Positions 1 to 2,345 of a stretch of 2,345 nt of DNA are shown here, one piece after another (the stretch's first letter is position 1; each line of letters opens with the position of its first letter). The notes under the pieces were generated by a model. The model had not been told where the DNA came from, ran no database searches, and worked only from the letters and a program-made list of their open reading frames with translations. The stretch comes from a virus (lineage: Duplodnaviria > Heunggongvirae > Uroviricota > Caudoviricetes): the IMG/VR virus record IMGVR_UViG_2778261454_000008. One strand, 5' to 3'. The translations under genes were made by a program, and so were the position numbers.

Positions 1-71
1 ACCAAAGCATGACATCTCTGTTTCGCACCGAAGGTGACACTTCTGCTTTGCGTTGACAGGAGAAGCAGGCT

Positions 72-227
72 ATGAAGCAGCAAAAGGCGATGTTAATCGC
101 CCTGATCGTCATCTGTTTAACCGTCATAGTGACGGCACTGGTAACGAGGAAAGACCTCTGCGAGGTACGAATCCGAACCGGCCAGACGGAGGTCGCTGTC
201 TTCACAGCTTACGAACCTGAGGAGTAA
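72..227 (+). CDS. hokD: Hok-family type I toxin (HokD/RelF), 51-aa small membrane toxin
   Basis: ATG at 72 to TAA at 225-227; AGGAG Shine-Dalgarno at 58-62, 9 nt upstream. Translation MKQQKAMLIALIVICLTVIVTALVTRKDLCEVRIRTGQTEVAVFTAYEPEE has the Hok architecture (N-terminal hydrophobic helix, conserved Cys, charged tail) and matches my recollection of E. coli HokD/RelF. Too short to appear in the supplied ORF track. Confidence 0.9.
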   Translation: MKQQKAMLIALIVICLTVIVTALVTRKDLCEVRIRTGQTEVAVFTAYEPEE

Positions 228-234
228 GAGACCC

Positions 235-256
235 GGCGGGGGAGAAATCCCTCGCC
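235..256 (+). other. RNA stem-loop in the hokD 3' UTR (9-bp stem GGCGGGGGA/UCCCUCGCC, one G-U pair, GAAA tetraloop)
   Basis: Hand-paired: 235-243 with 248-256, loop 244-247 GAAA (a GNRA tetraloop). Lies 8 nt after the hokD stop. Function not established; hok mRNAs are known to carry structured 3' ends (fold-back inhibition elements). Confidence 0.45.
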
Positions 257-296
257 ACCTCTGATGTGGCAGGCATCCTCAACGCACCCGCACTTA

Positions 297-327
297 ACCC
301 GCTTCGGCGGGTTTTTGTTTTTATTTT
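297..327 (+). terminator. Rho-independent terminator ending the hokD transcript
   Basis: Perfect 6-bp GC-rich stem ACCCGC/GCGGGT (297-302 with 307-312) closed by a TTCG tetraloop (303-306), followed by the T-run TTTTGTTTTTATTTT (313-327). No A-run precedes it, so it looks unidirectional. Confidence 0.8.
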
Positions 328-335
328 CAACGCGT

Positions 336-365
336 TTGAAGTTCTGGACGGTGCCGGAATAGAAT
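336..365 (+). promoter_or_regulatory. Putative sigma70 promoter for rem (-35 TTGAAG 336-341, 18-nt spacer, -10 TAGAAT 360-365)
   Basis: Matches consensus by eye at 4/6 (-35) and 5/6 (-10). It sits just after the terminator and T-rich tract and about 80 nt before the rem start. rem would need its own promoter because the upstream terminator is strong. Not verified. Confidence 0.3.
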
Positions 366-443
366 CAAAAATACTTAAGTAGCGCGCAGGGATAAGAGGG
401 ATGGTCCCTTAAAGGGGAGAGCTAATTATCCGGAAGGATTCTG

Positions 444-695
444 ATGATGAACATCGAAGAACTGCGTAAAATTTTTTGTGAAGATGGCCTCTATGCTGTG
501 TGCGTTGAAAATGGAAATCTTGTTAGTCATTACCGCATTATGTGTTTGCGAAAGAATGGGGCTGCGTTAATTAATTTTGTGGATGCTCGGGTCACGGACG
601 GATTTATCTTGCGCGAAGGTGAGTTTGTCACTTCATTACAGGCATTGAAAGAGATCGGAATAAAAGCTGGCTTTTCTGCTTTTTCAGGAGAATAA
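444..695 (+). CDS. rem: Rem, Qin-prophage small protein of unknown function (83 aa)
   Basis: ATG-ATG at 444/447 with GGAAGGA Shine-Dalgarno at 432-438; 83 codons plus TAA at 693-695. Translation MMNIEELRKIFCEDGLYAVCVENGNLVSHYRIMCLRKNGAALINFVDARVTDGFILREGEFVTSLQALKEIGIKAGFSAFSGE matches my recollection of E. coli K-12 Rem, and the hokD-rem-ydfU-Q gene order matches Qin. Noticeably AT-richer than its neighbours. Confidence 0.85.
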   Translation: MMNIEELRKIFCEDGLYAVCVENGNLVSHYRIMCLRKNGAALINFVDARVTDGFILREGEFVTSLQALKEIGIKAGFSAFSGE

Positions 696-761
696 ACTCA
701 TCTACAATCTTGCGCGGGGCTGAACTCCCGCTGAGTAACACCGTGCCACCGGAGAAAACCG

Positions 762-1040
762 ATGGCACGTAACGCAAAATATTACAATTCTGATAATTCG
801 CCCGTTCTTGCCTGCACGCACGGGCGGTATTCTCACGCATTCAAGTCTGAATGGTTCCAGCACCCTCCATGCACTGCAGAACAGGCCGAATGGCTGATTC
901 ATTCTTACCGCAGGCGCGGGTTCGAGGTTAAGAAAGCTCTCAGTCTCGACTATCGGCACTGGATAATCTCTGTCAGGCTGCCTTATTCCGAACGCCCACC
1001 ACGTGCGTCCCGCACTTTCCAGCAACGGATCTGGAGGTAA
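762..1040 (+). CDS. Hypothetical small basic protein (92 aa), unrecognised family; candidate gene translationally coupled to ydfU
   Basis: ATG at 762 preceded by GGAG at 751-754 (7-nt spacing). The open frame exactly fills the otherwise empty gap of about 345 nt between rem and ydfU. Its TAA stop at 1038-1040 lies 1 nt before the ydfU GTG (1042), and the ydfU Shine-Dalgarno GGAGG (1033-1037) sits inside its last codons. The translation has mixed hydrophobic and charged composition with 4 Trp, unlike the Arg/Pro/Ser-rich antisense ORF that overlaps it. No homolog recognised. Confidence 0.4.
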   Translation: MARNAKYYNSDNSPVLACTHGRYSHAFKSEWFQHPPCTAEQAEWLIHSYRRRGFEVKKALSLDYRHWIISVRLPYSERPPRASRTFQQRIWR

Positions 1041-1041
1041 C

Positions 1042-2091
1042 GTGCGGGTATTACTTAGACCTGTTCTGGTGCCTGAGCTTGGGCTGGTGGTCCTTAAGCC
1101 GGGCCGTGAATCCATACAGATATTTCATAATCCTCGAGTGCTGGTGGAACCGGAACCAAAAAGCATGCGTAATCTGCCATCCGGAGTCGTTCCTGCCGTT
1201 CGCCAGCCGCTGGCGGAAGACAAAACATTGCTGCCGTTTTTTAGTAACGAACGGGTGATTCGTGCTGCTGGCGGCGTTGGCGCATTGTCCGACTGGCTAT
1301 TACGTCATGTTACATCCTGCCAGTGGCCTAATGGCGATTACCATCACACTGAAACAGTCATTCACCGTTATGGTACCGGCGCAATGGTGTTGTGCTGGCA
1401 CTGCGACAACCAACTGCGTGACCAGACATCGGAATCACTGGAGCTGCTTGCTCAACAAAACCTGTCAGCATGGATGATTGACGTCATCGGTCACGCAATA
1501 AGCGGTACGCAGGAGCGTGAATTATCTCTGGCTGAATTATCCTGGTGGGCGGTCCGCAATCAGGTGGCGGACGCGCTACCGGAAGCGGTATTACGTCGTT
1601 CGCTGGGGTTGCGTGCGGAAAAAATCCGCTCAATGTACCGTGAAAGCGACATCGTACCGGGAGAGCAGACCGCCACCAGCATACTGAAACAGCGCACAAA
1701 AAATCTTGCACCGTTGCCTCACGCCCACCAGCAACAAAACCCATCACAAGAAAAGACGGTGGTAAGCATCACCGTTGATCCAGAGTCTCCGGAATCTTTC
1801 ATGAAGCTGCCTAAACGTCACCGTTGGGTTAAGGAGAAATACACACGCTGGGTTAAGACACAGCCGTGTGCTTGCTGCGGTATGCCAGCCGACGATCCGC
1901 ATCATCTGATTGGTCACGGGCAGGGCGGAATGGGAACCAAAGCACATGATCTCTTTGTGTTGCCTTTGTGCAGAAAGCATCACGACGAGTTGCATACGGA
2001 TACCGTGGCATTTGAAGAGAAGTATGGCTCCCAACTGGAGCTGATTTTTCGATTTATCGATCGCGCGCTGGCAATTGGTGTGCTGGCCTAA
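1042..2091 (+). CDS. ydfU: DUF968-family prophage protein YdfU (349 aa from the GTG at 1042)
   Basis: Long open frame ending at TAA 2089-2091. I prefer the GTG at 1042 as start because GGAGG lies at 1033-1037 and it gives 349 aa, the length I recall for K-12 YdfU; the track's upstream GTG at 1003 has no Shine-Dalgarno. The C-terminal segment [64 protein letters not shown] is the conserved DUF968 region as I recall it. Confidence 0.85.
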   Translation: MRVLLRPVLVPELGLVVLKPGRESIQIFHNPRVLVEPEPKSMRNLPSGVVPAVRQPLAEDKTLLPFFSNERVIRAAGGVGALSDWLLRHVTSCQWPNGDYHHTETVIHRYGTGAMVLCWHCDNQLRDQTSESLELLAQQNLSAWMIDVIGHAISGTQERELSLAELSWWAVRNQVADALPEAVLRRSLGLRAEKIRSMYRESDIVPGEQTATSILKQRTKNLAPLPHAHQQQNPSQEKTVVSITVDPESPESFMKLPKRHRWVKEKYTRWVKTQPCACCGMPADDPHHLIGHGQGGMGTKAHDLFVLPLCRKHHDELHTDTVAFEEKYGSQLELIFRFIDRALAIGVLA

Positions 2092-2108
2092 TTTTGTGGA
2101 GTAAGTTG

Positions 2109-2345
2109 ATGCGTGATATTCAGATGGTTCTTGAGCGTTGGGGGGCATGGGCGGCTAATAATCATGAAGATGTGACCTGGTCGTCCATTGCCGCCGGTTT
2201 TAAGGGATTAATTCCTTCAAAAGTAAGATCTCGTCCGCAATGCTGTGACGATGACGCGATGATCATTTGTGAATGTATGGCTCGCCTGAAAAAAACAACA
2301 GCGATTTACATGATTTATTGGTGGACTATTATGTCGGCGGCATGA
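2109..2345 (+). CDS. quuQ: Antitermination protein Q family (phage 82 / QuuD / QuuQ-like), N-terminal 78 codons only; frame ends at TGA 2343-2345, probably frameshift-truncated
   Basis: ATG at 2109 with GGAG at 2098-2101 (7-nt spacing), 17 nt after the ydfU stop. The N-terminus [39 protein letters not shown]...[10 protein letters not shown] matches my recollection of 82-type Q antiterminators, which are about 250 aa. The track's TTG start at 2094 is less likely. See the frameshift finding. Confidence 0.7.
   Translation: MRDIQMVLERWGAWAANNHEDVTWSSIAAGFKGLIPSKVRSRPQCCDDDAMIICECMARLKKTTAIYMIYWWTIMSAA

Noticed and set aside
53-58. Perfect TTGACA hexamer upstream of hokD
   Set aside because: No acceptable -10 element 15-19 nt downstream (the region is the hokD ribosome-binding site and start); probably coincidental, and hokD is expected to be transcribed from the upstream relB promoter.
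714-731. Short hairpin (GCGGG / CCCGC, 8-nt loop) after rem
   Set aside because: Only a 5-bp stem with a large loop and no following T-run; not a credible intrinsic terminator. Mentioned only as context for the possible internal promoter.
628-840. 70-aa minus-strand ORF overlapping the rem 3' end
   Set aside because: Antisense to the well-supported rem; no recognisable protein features; likely spurious.
702-1115. 137-aa minus-strand ORF overlapping the rem-ydfU interval and the ydfU start
   Set aside because: Arg/Pro/Ser/Thr-rich, low-complexity translation typical of the antisense frame of a GC-rich coding region; no Shine-Dalgarno-like context noted; it overlaps better-supported + strand genes.
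1262-1477. 71-aa + strand ORF in an alternative frame inside ydfU
   Set aside because: Nested out-of-frame within ydfU; Cys/Thr-rich odd composition; no independent support.
1825-1857. 9-nt direct repeat TGGGTTAAG (1825-1833 and 1849-1857)
   Set aside because: Lies inside ydfU and simply encodes a repeated RWVK peptide; too short and isolated to be a repeat element or CRISPR-like array.
1484-2148. Two minus-strand ORFs (1484..1747 and 1744..2148) inside ydfU
   Set aside because: Both lie entirely antisense to the ydfU coding region, whose identity is well supported; compositions look like antisense artefacts.
1-2345. Scan for CRISPR repeats, tRNA/rRNA genes, IS terminal inverted repeats or integrase attachment sites
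   Set aside because: No spaced direct repeats, no cloverleaf-compatible segments and no transposase-like ORFs were seen by eye; the window appears to be internal prophage sequence.

Overview
This window reads as a segment of a Qin-like lambdoid cryptic prophage from Escherichia/Shigella, with every supported gene on the + strand. In order: the Hok-family type I toxin gene hokD (72..227) with a structured 3' UTR and strong intrinsic terminator; the AT-rich 83-aa gene rem (444..695) with its own candidate promoter; a 92-codon ORF (762..1040) that I do not recognise and that is stop/start-coupled to the next gene; the DUF968 gene ydfU (1042..2091), whose C-terminus carries an HNH-like Cys/His cluster; and the first 78 codons of a Q-antiterminator-family gene (2109..2345) whose frame stops just after an A7 homopolymer. 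Protein identifications rest on recalled similarity to E. coli K-12 proteins, not on a search. The most interesting candidate is the small ORF plus DUF968 pair as a possible two-gene accessory module sitting where the nin region lies in lambda; this is a hypothesis only. No tRNA, rRNA, CRISPR array or IS element was found.
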